Translations under genes and position numbers: made by a program | Shown here: in pieces, positions 41,407 through 55,270 of the stretch | How the letters are laid out: every line of letters starts with the position of its first letter | How positions within the stretch are numbered: position 1 is the first letter of the stretch | Origin: Octopus vulgaris | Lineage: Eukaryota | Assembly (NCBI GenBank): GCA_951406725.2 | Contig: OX597832.1 | Coordinates: 62,124,001 to 62,188,000, forward strand | Length of the DNA stretch: 64,000 bases | Direction: 5' to 3' | Notes under the pieces: model-generated | Seen by the model: the letters and a program-made list of their open reading frames with translations, nothing else | Told to the model about the DNA's origin: nothing | Databases searched by the model: none

Positions 41407-41728
41407 TTCTTCTTCCTCTTCTTCTTCTTTATCAAGGCGATGTCCAGGCAGAATCATTGTCGCGGCAGAGAAAATACTTAGCGACATTTATTTCAGTCTT
41501 ATGATCTAAGTTCCTATTCTGCAGAAGGCCTGTAAGTTCATGGGTGGAGGTAAATCGAATTTAATCAACCCCAGTGCTCTACTGGTACTTACTTTACCAA
41601 CCCCGAAAAGATAAATTGCAATCTTGGCATCGACGGAATTTGAACTCAGAACCTAAAAACGTACGAAATAACGATTCTGCCCGTTCGTGGACACAGTCAC
41701 ATAAAATATTGTTGAACAATAATAGAAT

Positions 41729-42058
41729 GCAGGAGTGGATACGTGGTAAGTAGCTTGCTTACCAACCACATGGTTCCGAGTTCAGTCCCACTGCGTGGCA
41801 CCTTGGGCTAGTGTCCTCTACTATAGCCTTGGGCTGACCAAAGCCTTGTGAGTGGGTTTGGTAAACGAAAACTGAAAGAAGCTCGTCGTGTATATGTATG
41901 TATGTATGTATGTATGTATGCATGCATGTATATATGTATGTATGTATGTATGTATATATGTATGTGCGTGTGCATATGATTGTGTCAGTTTGTCCCCCCC
42001 CCCCACCATCATCGCTTGACAACCGATGCAGGTGTGTGTAAGTCTCCGTAACTTAGCA
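41729..42058 (+). mobile_element. SINE family B, 3'-truncated
   Basis: Matches the 12574 copy through 'ccgtaacttagc'. Confidence 0.85.
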
Positions 42059-42311
42059 ATGTATGGCTCTTGTTCTCTATCCCACAGAACAATATGTTTG
42101 CACCGAATTCATGTTCCTCCAGTACTCTTTTTTTTTAAAGAGGTAAATACCTGCTGCTTCGGACATGCGCTTAATGTCTGCGTCTGGGTAGCATTGTAAA
42201 TAATCTTTGTGACTATATCATGCTTCAGGGGCAGATAGCGTCTCGTATTTATGCATGTATGTATGTATGTATGTATGTATGTATGTATGTATGTATGTAT
42301 TATGTATGTAT

Positions 42312-43312
42312 GTCATTGTTCAGTTTTATTTCAATGTCTTTTGCCAATAGAGAAATAAATAGTTTCTAACCTAGATCCAAGGCTCTTTCATTGGTATTTC
42401 AACATTAACAACAGGGTATTTTTGTTTGTCTGTATTTATATGTACAATATATGTATGTATGTATGTATATGGACAAATTTGTATGTTCTGTTTCCTGAAT
42501 GTATTCTCATAAAAATAGTTGCATATCTAGACATGCTCATATATATTTAAATGATAACCTTCTGGAAATTTTTACTATGTATGTATGTATGTATGTATGT
42601 ATGTATGTATGTATGTATGTATGTATGTATGTATGTATGTATGTATGTGTGCATGCGTGTATGTACGCATGCGTGTATGTATGCATGCGTGTATGTATGT
42701 ATGTTTGTATGTATGAAAGTATATAAGTATGTTTCTATGTATGTATATATGAATGTATGCAGGTCATTATTCACTTTATTTCAAGATTCCTTGCCAATAG
42801 AGAAAGAACCGGTTTCTAACCTAGATCCAAGGTTCCTACATTGGAATTTCAATATCAACAACAGGGTTTTTTTGTATGTATGTATGTATATGCAGATTTC
42901 TATGTTTTATGTATGTATTCACAGAAATATAGCTGCATGTCTAGATATGTTTATATATATCTAAATGATAAACTTCTGGAAAGTTTTACAGATTTTTACA
43001 GTTCCAGTGATGAACTGGATCTGTAGTCTTCGAATTAGCCTTTACCTTTCTGCTTTTTTAGATGCCTAATTTCTCAAGATTGGTATTTAGGCAGTTACAT
43101 ATTCCAGGGCTTAAATAATTACAGGCATAAACCTGAACTTGTAATCTGGATAAAATTACTGCAGATTTCTCAAAAGTTCAGCATAGGCGTTCTCTTTTTC
43201 ATTGATCTTCAGCTTTATGTTAACGTCCACTGAGCAACTAATTTCCACAATTGTGCACAGTTTCTCTTCTCTATCCCAAATCAATATATCAAGTCGGTTG
43301 TGCCTATATTTT
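42312..43312 (-). mobile_element. Two tandem 3' ends (42312-42575, 42763-43312) of an RLE-type (R4-like) LINE embedded in (TATG)n
   Basis: Minus translation HNRLDILIWDREEKLCTIVEISCSVDVNIKLKINEKENAYAELL..FRFMPVII (PD-(D/E)xK-like); duplicated 3'UTR. Confidence 0.8.
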
Positions 43313-44549
43313 ATATATGTATGTATTTATGTATGTATGTTTGTATGCATGTATGCATGTATGTATGTTTATATAAATGTGTAAAGATATACTTTTAAAT
43401 AATTAGTGTTTTATAATGAAATCCCAGCTGTTATAGTTTAGAATAATTAGGTCGGTAAAGACGATCCCTGAATTCCGCTTGCGATAGCATGTAGAAATCT
43501 TATTGCCAAGAACGACAGAACTCGCGAGGAAAGAAAAAATTACAAAGTCAATTGACTATTTCTGAGTTGAATTTGTGTAACAAATGATCATATCTAAGAG
43601 CGTGTGATGAAACTAATTACAGCAACCTCAGCATGGAAAACACTTATTAACCTTTTAGAAATACACAATTAATAATTTATTAGTTGGTTGAAGGGTGAAA
43701 TTGTCGTCGCAATATCAGGAGGATTTTATACACTCTACTTACTGCATAGGTATTAGAGTAACTCCGTAAATCAATTCTTAGAAGACCACTTGATGTCTGG
43801 CAATATAGTAACTAATAACCAAGCAGATGTATAAGGAAAATTCCTCTCAGGGTAGAAAAACTTATAATTAATAACGCACAGCTGTCCAAATTAAAATCTC
43901 ACAACGCAGGAATCTTAAACCGCGTCATTCTATTCATCCTTCATGTATGGTGAAACCAATTCAATTTAGCAAATCTAAATGAAGTTCTAACTGAGAGCAC
44001 TGGAATACTTACAAACTACTGTTCAGGCATCGTCCCCGAGTGTCATAGAATTCACGTCGAATGACAGTGATTGTATGGCTTATCAGAAAGAATAGTTAGA
44101 ATATTTCAAGATAGTCTTTCAGTATTTCTGTTAATTCTGGTGCGAAATACACTGTCGCTTCTATCGCAAAAGTCAAGTGGTTCTACGTTATTCTGTATGA
44201 CAGCAAAATCTCTCAAACGCCGTATTTGTCTTATTCGCCCTCATAAGATCTATAGTGGAAATAAGGATTTCAAATTTTGGCACTAGGCCAGCAATTTTGG
44301 AGGTAGGTTAAGGCAATTACATCAACCCCAGTCCTCAATTAGAACAGTAAAATTAAAGTGATTTCGCTACAACGGGGAGATGAGTAGAATGACACGGCTT
44401 AAGGTTTCTGTGTTGTTTGATTTGAATTGAGACATTTGTGGCCAAGAATTTCTGTTCTGTGAAGCAGTTTCTTTATTTATCTACTTGATTGTTGGTTACT
44501 ATAATGCCGGACATCATCTGGAATTTATTTTATCAATAATACAGTTCTA

Positions 44550-44919
<370 letters not shown>

Positions 44920-45074
44920 TATATATATATATATATATATAGGTGTGTGTGTATGTGTGTGTGTGTGTTTGTGTGTGTGTATGTGTGTGTGTGCGTGTGT
45001 GTGTGTGTGTGCGTGTGTGCGTGTGTGTGTGTATGCATATATATATATGTGTGTGTGTGTAGTATGTATGTATA

Positions 45075-45263
45075 TATAGGGAGAATTCACAAAAAGCAAA
45101 AGACGAAGTGAGGTGGTGTAGACAATAAACCGATGTATTAGTGTAATGCTCAGGAAGTGTATAAGTTTTTAACGTTTCGAGCCTACGCTCTTCCACAGAA
45201 AGGAACACAGAAAGAAATAAGGAGAGAAAATAAAGGATGTGTAGTGGCTAATGATCTATCATG

Positions 45264-45265
<2 letters not shown>
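45075..45265 (-). mobile_element. Short HHR-bearing element, A6U family (other copies 48230-48422 +, 50050-50200 +)
   Basis: cttt-ctgtgga-a-gagc-gtag-gctc-gaaa-cg-tt-aaaa. Confidence 0.7.
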
Positions 45266-45317
<52 letters not shown>

Positions 45318-45320
<3 letters not shown>

Positions 45321-45630
45321 CTATACAATATGTTACATTACTCGGTAGTCAAGATGAAACTCTGAGTTTCAGATGCCGAAGTGGAAATCCACAACACCAT
45401 CTCATCGGTTATCTGGCTATTTGAAAACGTTATGAAAAAATTATGAAAAAATAACGTTTTCAAATAGCCAGATAACCGAAGAGATGGTGTTGTGGATTTC
45501 CACTTCGGCATCTGAAACTCAGAGTTTTATCTTGACTACCGAGTAATGTAACATATTGTATAGATAAATTTCCTCTATTTACATAATATTGAGGTCTCTT
45601 TCTTTCTTTTGTTATCTTACCGTTTTATCA
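45318..45630 (+). mobile_element. Fold-back pLTR-type element (arms 45318-45433 / 45451-45566) with HHR
   Basis: 116-bp arms, two mismatches seen; the right arm continues ~60 nt; flanked by (TA)n. Confidence 0.9.
45470..45532 (+). ncRNA. Putative type-I HHR, U4C variant
   Basis: Stem I agataa/ttatct; core ccgaaga; stem II gatg..catc(+t); gaaa; ctc-a-gag; predicted GUU site. Confidence 0.7.
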
Positions 45631-45754
45631 ATATATATATACATACATATTTATATTTATATATATATGTATGTATTTTTGTATGTATGTATATGTATAT
45701 ATGGCCGCAGCTAAATGTCTGAAACGATTAAAAGTATAAAAGGAAGACTGACAG

Positions 45755-45990
45755 AACATATTTATTTGTTTTGCGAAATTCCTGATATTAAATCGTGTAT
45801 TGAAATAGATGCTGGAGTGTCATTTTGTTTTTGTTGCCGAAAAAACACACGCACTGCATATTCGCTCTTTACTCGAATGTTGTTGTTCTTACTCTATCTT
45901 AAGCCTATTGTCTGGAAATCTTTCATGACAGACCTGTGACCTCTTCAGCGACTTTTACACCCCATGTGTCTCCTCTTGTTCTGTTTACTT
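45755..45990 (-). mobile_element. Solo pLTR related to the Penelope 3' end
   Basis: Shares 'aaaaacacacgcact' and 'aaatcgtgtattgaaa' with 36330-36410 (reverse complement); HHR ctgaaga-g-gtcac-aggtct-gtcat-gaaa. Confidence 0.7.
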
Positions 45991-46992
45991 CATATATATG
46001 TATATGTATGTATGTGTATATATATGTGCATGTGTGAGTGTATATATGTATATACACATATATAAATACATATACTTATACACACTCATACACACACATA
46101 GACACGCACACGCAAACACACGCATATATATTTATATATATATATATACATACATATATATATACATATATATACATATATATGTATATATGTAAGTATG
46201 AGTGCACGTTTGTATGCACGTATGTATGTATCTATGTATAAATGAAATATATAATCATTTCTGTGTAAAAGAAAAACAATGTGCTGTAAGAATATTTGTG
46301 GTGATGCTTCAAGTTACAGAACCTGTCTTTGCGCACTGTTTATCTGTTCATTGTAGTAACAGTCAAACATCCATCAGAGCAGTTGTAACATTGTGCCGAA
46401 CGACGCTATAATTCACAAAATGATCTCATACAATAAATAAATAAATAAAGCGATAAGAATTTTAAATAAACAACCAACAAAAAGCTAACAAATATGGCAG
46501 ATGTCTAGTCTGATGCCTAATCTAAGATTATACGATAATTATGTATATGACTCTCATAATCCGTTGTGCAAAAGTCTGAACAGATTATCATCTGTCAATT
46601 TATCCATACACAGATATCTAATATCTTCGCCTGCATCTTGGGATGTTACCATCAGCCGCGTTCTCAATAAGCTTTGCTTGATATCATCTAGAAAATACCA
46701 TATCATTTCATGTATGATGAATATACGTGGTTATCTTACGGTATATCTAGATAAATCTTCGTCATGGTACTAGCAAGGTAATGGTACACATTTACGACAA
46801 AGATGCCATTTGCGATATTTCCACTCTGTTCTACCATTATTCCATGTATTAAATTTATTCTTTTCTTCAAAGATTTTTTTTTCCTGGATATTCCAATGTT
46901 GCAAAGTTCCAGTGTTCCGGTATTCCAAATTACGATAATAGAAGAAGATATTGCCGATAATGAAAGAGACCGTGTGCAACTATAAGTGCATA

Positions 46993-47024
<32 letters not shown>

Positions 47025-47444
47025 TACACACACACACACACTCACGCGAATACGCATGGATGTACATTTCGAGGTAAGTGTACATATGCAAACTTGTAAG
47101 TATATATATATGTGTCTATGTGTGTGTGTGCGTGTGTGTGCACTCGCAAGCGCATGCGTCTACATGTATAACTACGCGCGTATACACATTTAGATGAGTG
47201 TAGTTGTGTGTGCATGTGTGTATACACGTGTATTGATTATCCGATTGCACTACGACTACAGTTTCATTAGTATATTGCATTACAAAATGCAGGATTAATC
47301 TCTTTCTCTCTCTTTATATATAAATGTGTGTATATATGTATGTATATATATACATACATATATATATATATACACACACACATATATGCATGCATATTCA
47401 TATATACATGCATGCATATATATTTATATGTGTACTTATATATC

Positions 47445-47492
47445 AAAACTGTCCGACGAACGGGAACGTGAAACTCTCAGTCACAGTATTTT
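47445..47492 (+). ncRNA. Putative compact type-I HHR, U4C variant
   Basis: actgt-ccgacga-acg-ggaa-cgt-gaaa-ct-ctc-ag-tc-acagt: all three stems pair; predicted GUC site. Confidence 0.7.
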
Positions 47493-47574
47493 GTGAAGTT
47501 TTTGTGATGTTTTTGTAGCCTATTTCGAGTAATTTTGTTTCTAGCATGTTTCACATTTATGTGCGTATGTTTGA

Positions 47575-47608
<34 letters not shown>

Positions 47609-47681
47609 ATACATATATGTATGTATGTATATATATATTTATATATATATATATGTATATATATATATGTATGTATGTATG

Positions 47682-47721
<40 letters not shown>

Positions 47722-48424
47722 GAAACACACATAAACATTCGTACATATATACATGTGTTTTGTGTGTGTATATGTGTGTATGCGTGTGTGAGTGTGTGTG
47801 TGTGCGCGCGCGCGAAGAAAGACTGTAAACATAAATTTAAAACAATGCAGGTCCATTAATAAATGCACCAACTTGAAACTCGAGACACTAAATGGAAAAA
47901 AGAATACTATAAAGAAATGATATAGTCTCAACACATCATTGAATTAGTCGCTCTCAAATGTAATATATAGACCCAAATATTCGTGGTACTCCGTCGGTAA
48001 CGACGACCAGGGTTCCAGCTGATCCGATCAACAGAACAGCCTGCTCGTTAAATTAACGTGCAAGTGGCTGAGTACTCTACAGACACGTTCACCCTTAATG
48101 TAGTTCTCAGGGAGATTCAACGTGAAACAGTGTGACAAAGCACGCGCACCTTCATGTGGGTTCACCATTTCTTTATTATCTCCCTTTCTTCTAACCTCTT
48201 CTTTCAACCATTTCTTCTAACCAGTCCCCATACTCGACTACTAAAGATACAGTTTTTTTTTCATTTTCTCCCCGTTTGTTCTCTCTTATTCCTTTCTGTT
48301 GAAGAGCGTAGGCTCGAAACCTAAAAGACTTTTCCTTTTTCTCAAGCGTCAAACTCATACATCTGTTCATTGTTCATACACCTTTCTTCGTATTTTGTTT
48401 TTCTATAAATTGCAACTATATATA

Positions 48425-48541
48425 CTGTTTTTCTTTAAACCTGATACTTATTCTATCGATCTTTTTCGCCAAACCACTAGTTTATGGGGACATAAATACA
48501 TCAGCACTAGTTATCAAATGGTGGTGAGGAAAAACACACTA

Positions 48542-48575
<34 letters not shown>

Positions 48576-48755
48576 ACAAATACTTCCACATATATACGAG
48601 GGGCTTCCTTTAGCTTACGTCTACCAAATCCACTTACAAGACTTTGGTGGGCTAGAGCCTATAGCAGAAGACATTTGCACAAGATGCTATGCATTGGGAC
48701 TGAACCCTGACCCATAAGGCTGGGAAGCAAGCTTCTTGCCATACAGCCACGCCTT
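48425..48755 (-). mobile_element. SINE family B copy
   Basis: Reverse complement of the family B head and body (ccatacagccacgcc, gaagacatttgcacaag, ctaccaaatccact). Confidence 0.8.
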
Positions 48756-48800
48756 TGTTTTTGCATGCTTGTATATATGTAAATATATATATCCATATAT

Positions 48801-48895
<95 letters not shown>

Positions 48896-49800
48896 CATAC
48901 ATACGCACATAAGCAAGAAGATGTCAAACGTGGGACATTATGTATGCACCAACAATATTGATCTGCCGTAACCCCCACAAAGACAAGTTCACACAATCAC
49001 ACTCTGCGACAGCAGCAACTCATGTACACACATATACACACACATGCACACACACATGCACGCACACACCTGCAAACAAACATAAGCCGACATTAATAAC
49101 AAGAACAAAAGAACCACACATGTCCACACTTATACATAATCTCACTGCATTTCTTTTTACTCATAGCTAATCTCTTCGTGTGTGCATGCGTGTGTCACCC
49201 TCTCTCCCTCCGCCTCTCTCTCATGCTCTCTATTTCTATCTCTTTGATTATCTCTCTCTCTCTCTCTCTCACTCTCTCTCGCTCTGTCGATCACCATCGT
49301 TCACTCTCTCTCTCCCTCTCTCTCAGCAATATGTAAGATGCATATCATTTGGTCAGTCACGTAGCAGATGCTGTTTAGGCTCACATGGATAATCGGAGAG
49401 GCGTTGTTCTAATGCATATTTATAAGGGTGGCCGGCTGTCTTAAAGAGTATACAATGTTGGCTATCTGCTTGGCTTCTGTCTGTCTGATCGCCTGACCGG
49501 TTGGTCGGCCTGCTGGTTTGCGGGCTGGTTGAGCATCCGAATTGCCTCCTTTCTGTCCGGATGGATGGTCGGTCAGCTGGTTCAAATTTTGCTGCTGTGA
49601 TGTTGAGTAGATTTAATTATATTTTTCTTCTTCCTCATCCCAATGTCTCTCTGTCCATCTGTCCGTCTGTCGCTCTCACTCTCTCTCTCTCTTTCTCTCT
49701 CTCTAGCTCTCTCTCTTTCTCTCTATCTCTTTCTCTATCTCTGGATATGTGTGCGTGTGCGCTTCTCTGTGTATATATGGTATATATGTATATAAAAACA

Positions 49801-49854
<54 letters not shown>

Positions 49855-49940
49855 ATATATCTATCTATATATATATATATATGTATGTATGTATGTATCT
49901 ATATATATATACATATATATATAATATAGATATATATGTG

Positions 49941-50019
<79 letters not shown>

Positions 50020-50408
50020 CCAATAATATATATATACGCACATATATATATTTTCTATTTTCTATTCTCTCTCCATGTATATTTATGTGTTCCTATTTGT
50101 TGAAGACCTTAGGCTCGAAACGTAAAAGACTTTCTCAGTTCCCGACCGTTAAACTAATGCATCTTTTTTATTTTGTAAATTTTTTTCTTTTATAAATTGT
50201 GTTGGTGCTACTATTAAGGCGGTTATCTGGCAGTACTGTAAGCATGCCGAACAAAATGTATATTTTGCTCTTTGTTACTCTCTTATTTCAGATTCCGCCA
50301 AAGATAACGTTGCCGTTCATCGTTCCTGGGATCAATGGAATAAATACCAAATGATAATCGGCGTAAGTGACTATCCATCTCCTCCCTCATTGTGCCTATA
50401 CTAGAAAG

Positions 50409-50482
<74 letters not shown>

Positions 50483-50841
50483 CAAAATTAAAAGAAGAGT
50501 GTCATTGTTATTAAGTGAACGATATTTCGACATCTTGTGTGTCTTCAACTGGTTCAAAAAATAAATTTGTCAATCTACTTCATTTTGTTTAATACATAAA
50601 GGATTGAGGTAATTCCTCTTCTTTGGGTGAAGACTCGCATATATACGCCCTTAAAACTGGGAAACCGGCCCTTATGAATCTAATGACTCGTGAATGAACT
50701 TTATTCTTTTTTTACAATAATTTTGAAGTTCTGTTCTTAAAATATCCACGTTCTTCTTAAGTATTCCACATATCCTTATATAAATTTGTTATTTTCTTGT
50801 TTCTTCGTTATTATTTCCACTTAGAAGGAAACATTCATGTA

Positions 50842-51728
50842 CAGGGTGCAGCAAAATGATCTGACACATTTTAAGGTTTAATAAAAGTAAAATAAATTAA
50901 TGATTGAAAAGTGTGTTTGCATTTTTGAAATTTACATTTAATGCTATTTTCTCTCGGTTGTGGACATATGTGACATTTTCTTTCATTTTGTTTCCAGTTG
51001 CTAACATGAATTGGATGGGCGAGCGTTGCGCTTTCATTGCGGAAACGATTGTGAAGAACAACGAATCCGTAACTGCAACGCGAAGAGCGCTCCATGCTCG
51101 CTTCAGGCTTGGCAGACATGATCCCGTACCTACTCGAAATTCTGCAGCAGTAGAATTCGGCATTCGGGATGCGTACTTCTTCGAAGAAGACAATGTTACA
51201 TTGACTGTGAACTCTGATCGATATTGTGTGATGCTACAGATTTTTCTGAAACCCGAACTGAATGGACTTCACGATAAGGACACTGTTTGGTTTCAATAGG
51301 ACAGGGCAACAGCCCACACTTCTCCACATTCGATTGGGATTTTGTGAGAGATGCTTCCCTGTCATTTGATCTGACTGCACTGTGACATCGGTTAACCCGC
51401 CCGATCACCTGATTTGAACCCGTGCGATATTTTTTTGTATGAGTACCTGAAATCAGAGGTATACACTCATCACCCTCGAACAATAAAATGATGCCACTCC
51501 ACATGAAATGACTCGTCGAGTTTTGGACAACTTTCGTGAAGGCCTTCGACAGTGAGTGGACACTTGCGGCATCCACTTCACGGATTAAAATTTTTTAAAT
51601 CAAACAAAACAAAATGGCATTATATATACATTTATAAAAAAAGACAAAAAAAACACGCGTCTTTCGTTTTTACTTTAGTTTGCATTTATTAAACAAACAA
51701 ATATGTCGGATTATTTTGTCATATCCTG
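50842..51728 (+). mobile_element. Internally deleted rosa/DD41D Tc1-mariner transposon
   Basis: TA TSDs; TIRs cagggtgcagcaaaatgatctgacacattt / caggatatgacaaaataatccgacatattt; WFQ*DRATAH...PARSPDLNPCD with 41 codons between the two Ds. Confidence 0.85.
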
Positions 51729-52761
51729 TATTTACGTGTTGTTTTATCGCACTTAGCGGTTCCCTTCTGCTTACTTCAACCTGTTTTCCTACTCTGTTAT
51801 TATTTTACTATAATTTTCAATTTGAATCAAGCCCCTTCTTTCTTGTATGTAGGGTAGGTATATTCTATCTCTATCAACTCTGAGGCGGTTACTTTGGAAG
51901 TCTATTAGTAGTTTCTCGTTATTGAGTTCTTTTTCATCTCCCCAAACTTTTCAATCCACTTAACTTCCCGTATATCATACAGAAGCTATGATTTATGGCT
52001 GGGCTGGCTAGCGTATCGTATGAAACATAAAAGAAGTCATTACTATGAAAACGTTGATTATGATTCTTCGCCCGTAATAGAAGTATAACGTGCTTGTTGA
52101 CACTCTCTAGTATAGGAGATAGACAAGAAGAATCACGTTGAAGTTTTGTTACACTCTGTTAAACAGTTTTCGGAGAACAATTATTTATGAACCGAAGAAA
52201 ATTATTTTCCATATAGAGATTTTTATAAATTTTCTTAACTCGGTTGAAGTGAGTAAAAATACCAAAATATAAATATACAAAAACGATCCATAAAAAGCGT
52301 CAAGCAATGTAACTCCAGGTGATTTCAAATATCATAGGAGACATTAGAAAAAAATATCTTAGTTCAATGTAACTTTTATTAAATATAAAATTATATTGAA
52401 GTTTTATGAGGCGTGAAATAGTAGGTAACGATACAATATAATGGCGGCGTGTGTTGTTTGTAATATTTTAGACTTCCCCTTGGGGGTCCAATTCTACTTT
52501 CATTGTTATGGTGTACGTTACACACCTTATTGATACATAAAAGTTACCTAATAATTATTATGTCCTATTATATCAGCTATTAATAATAAAGTATACAAGA
52601 CATACGCCCGAATGGTTATTTTGAACACACACATATATATATATATATATCCATGTATGTATATGTATATATATACATACATGTGTGTGTGTGTCTGTGT
52701 ATATATATACATGCACACACACATACATATGTATACATATATTTATGTATATATATACATA

Positions 52762-52802
<41 letters not shown>

Positions 52803-53703
52803 GCAGAAATGTATATGCATATAAATATATATATATTTAAAGAGAGAGAGACAGACACATATACGTATACATATACATGTGTGTGTGTTTTTGTGTGTGT
52901 ATGTGTGAGTGTATGTGTGTGTACGTATGTGTATATATGTCTATGTGTCTATGTGTATGTGTGTGTATGTGTGCGTATGTGTGTGTATGTGTGTGTGTGT
53001 GTCTGTCAACCGACATATATATGGTCCGTGCATTGCTCAATGTGAGTACCTCTCGTTGCCTATACGTGTTTGGCCATATGAGTGTATACGTGTACATCTG
53101 TGTGTGCGTGTGTGTGTATGAGTGTGTGTGTGCGTGTGTGTGTGTGTGTGTTCTAGCTAGATTTTGTAATCATGCGTATAAGTGTTTTGGGTCGGAATGT
53201 TCAAACCGCTCCGCAATCTCGCACCTTTTGTATGATGTTACAACGGGACATCTGGAGTAATATTTCACTCCCTTTCTCTGCCTCTTTCTTCCTTCCCTCT
53301 TTCTCTCTCTCTCTCTCTAGCTATCTATCTTTCTCTCTAGGTTTCTCTTAGCCTCATTTTACCAAGCTGCGTAAATGAATTTTAGTTGATGAAACTGTTA
53401 GAGGAAACTACTCTGATATTGATTGCTGTTAACCCTAATTCACGGGGTCCAGGCATGTATCACATTGTTTAATGTAGTATTAAGTGAAAATTACACGTAT
53501 CTGCGTAATATGCAGCCTCTTACATGTTAATAAAGTTAGCAGAAAATTCATTTGATCGAAAATCTGATTTAAATCAATCACCGAAAAGGATTACTGAAGG
53601 AAAGTGTTTCACCCTGGGTTTCGAAGCCCTACCTCCTATCAATGTAGTTGTTTTTGTTCACAAGGTTCACGATAGTGGCAGGACACTTCTAAATTCTCTT
53701 ATA

Positions 53704-54075
53704 GGCGCAGGAGTGGATTTGTGGTATGTAGCTTGCTTACCAACCACGTGGTTCCGGGTTGAGTCCCACTGCGTGTCATCTTGGGAAACTGAAAGAGGCT
53801 GGTCGTATATGTGTCTGTGTGTGTGTGTGTGTGTGCGTGAGAGAGAGAGAGAGTTTGTGTGTGTGTATGTTTGTGTGCTTGTGTTTGTTCCCCCACATCG
53901 CTTGACAACCGATGCTAATGTGTTTACGTACGCGTCACTTAGCGGTTGAGCAAGAGAGATCGTTAGAATAAGTACTATGCTTACAAAGAATAAGTCCTGG
54001 GGCCGATTTGCTCGACTCAAAACCGGTGCTCCAGCATGGCTGCAGTCAAATGACTGAAACAAATAAAAGAAAAGG
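53704..54075 (+). mobile_element. SINE family B with internal deletion
   Basis: Head and 3' end match the 12574 copy; the segment between 'cttggg' and 'aaactgaaaga' is missing. Confidence 0.85.
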
Positions 54076-54542
54076 CAAAGAAAAAAATAGTCATTGAGGT
54101 TAATCCCTCATCCTGCCATTTTTGGGACGACGGACAAAATATAATGGTAAGTTCGGTCACTGTCAGTGACACGGTACACCTCCCGAGACAAGGGAGACAA
54201 TTTAGCAATGAAGGGAGTGGAAGGGACTTAGGAATACAGCCAATTCAGAAGTGCTGAGAACACTGTACCAGCAGAAAGAAAGGCAAGAGGGAAGAGATAG
54301 AACGTCATCGGGTAGATGTCGTTGGCGTGGGAGTTCATATCAAATAGATTGGACTGCAGCACCTTAAAGTTTACCTCTTTTTCTCAAGCCTGCTGCTTGT
54401 CCCATTTGTCTCTTTAGCCAAACCGCTAGTTCACGGAAACAGGAACAAACCAACACCGGTTGTTAGGTGGCGAATTACAAATACAAGCAACAACAGCTCG
54501 CGCTCGAACGCACGCAGACAAACACACACATACAAACATATT

Positions 54543-54640
<98 letters not shown>

Positions 54641-54657
54641 TGTGTGTGTACATATTC

Positions 54658-54858
54658 CACGGTTTGCTGAAATGTTCTTGGCTTGAAGGGTACCGCGAAA
54701 AGTCTGGTTGGACGCCCAGCTTTCCGAGAAAAGTTGAAGGATAGCTGCACAAAGTGAATGAATCGGAGAGCGGAATAGGTTGGATAAAATCATAATTAAC
54801 TGATCCTCCTCTATTTTCTTTTACGCAATGCCAGGAATTTTTGCAGCGTCCCCTCGTG
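54658..54858 (+). mobile_element. Mariner-derived MITE
   Basis: Imperfect TIRs (..gctgaaatgttcttggc / gccaggaatttttgcagcgtccctcgtg) and a remnant of the transposase C-terminus. Confidence 0.55.
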
Positions 54859-54869
54859 TATATGCATTA

Positions 54870-55270
54870 ATATGTACGTATGTACGTATGTATGTATGTA
54901 CGTACGTACGTGTGTACGTATGTATGTATGTATGTACGTACGTACGTGTGTACGTATGTATGTACGTACGTATGTATGTATGTACGTATGTATGTACGTA
55001 TGTATGTACCTAATTATGTACATACGTATGTAGGTATATATGTGTGTACGTACATATGTATGTATTGATGGATGGATGGATGGATGGATGGATGGATGGA
55101 TGGATGTGTGTATGTATGTATTATGTATGTATGTATGTATGTATATATGTATGTATATATGTATGTATGGATGGATGGATGGATGGACGGATGGATGGAT
55201 GGATGTGTGTGTATGTATGTATGGATGGTTGGATGAATGGATGGATGGCTGGATGGATAGATGAATGGAT
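54870..55270. repeat. (TACG/TATG)n and (TGGA)n tetranucleotide arrays
   Basis: Direct inspection. Confidence 0.95.
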
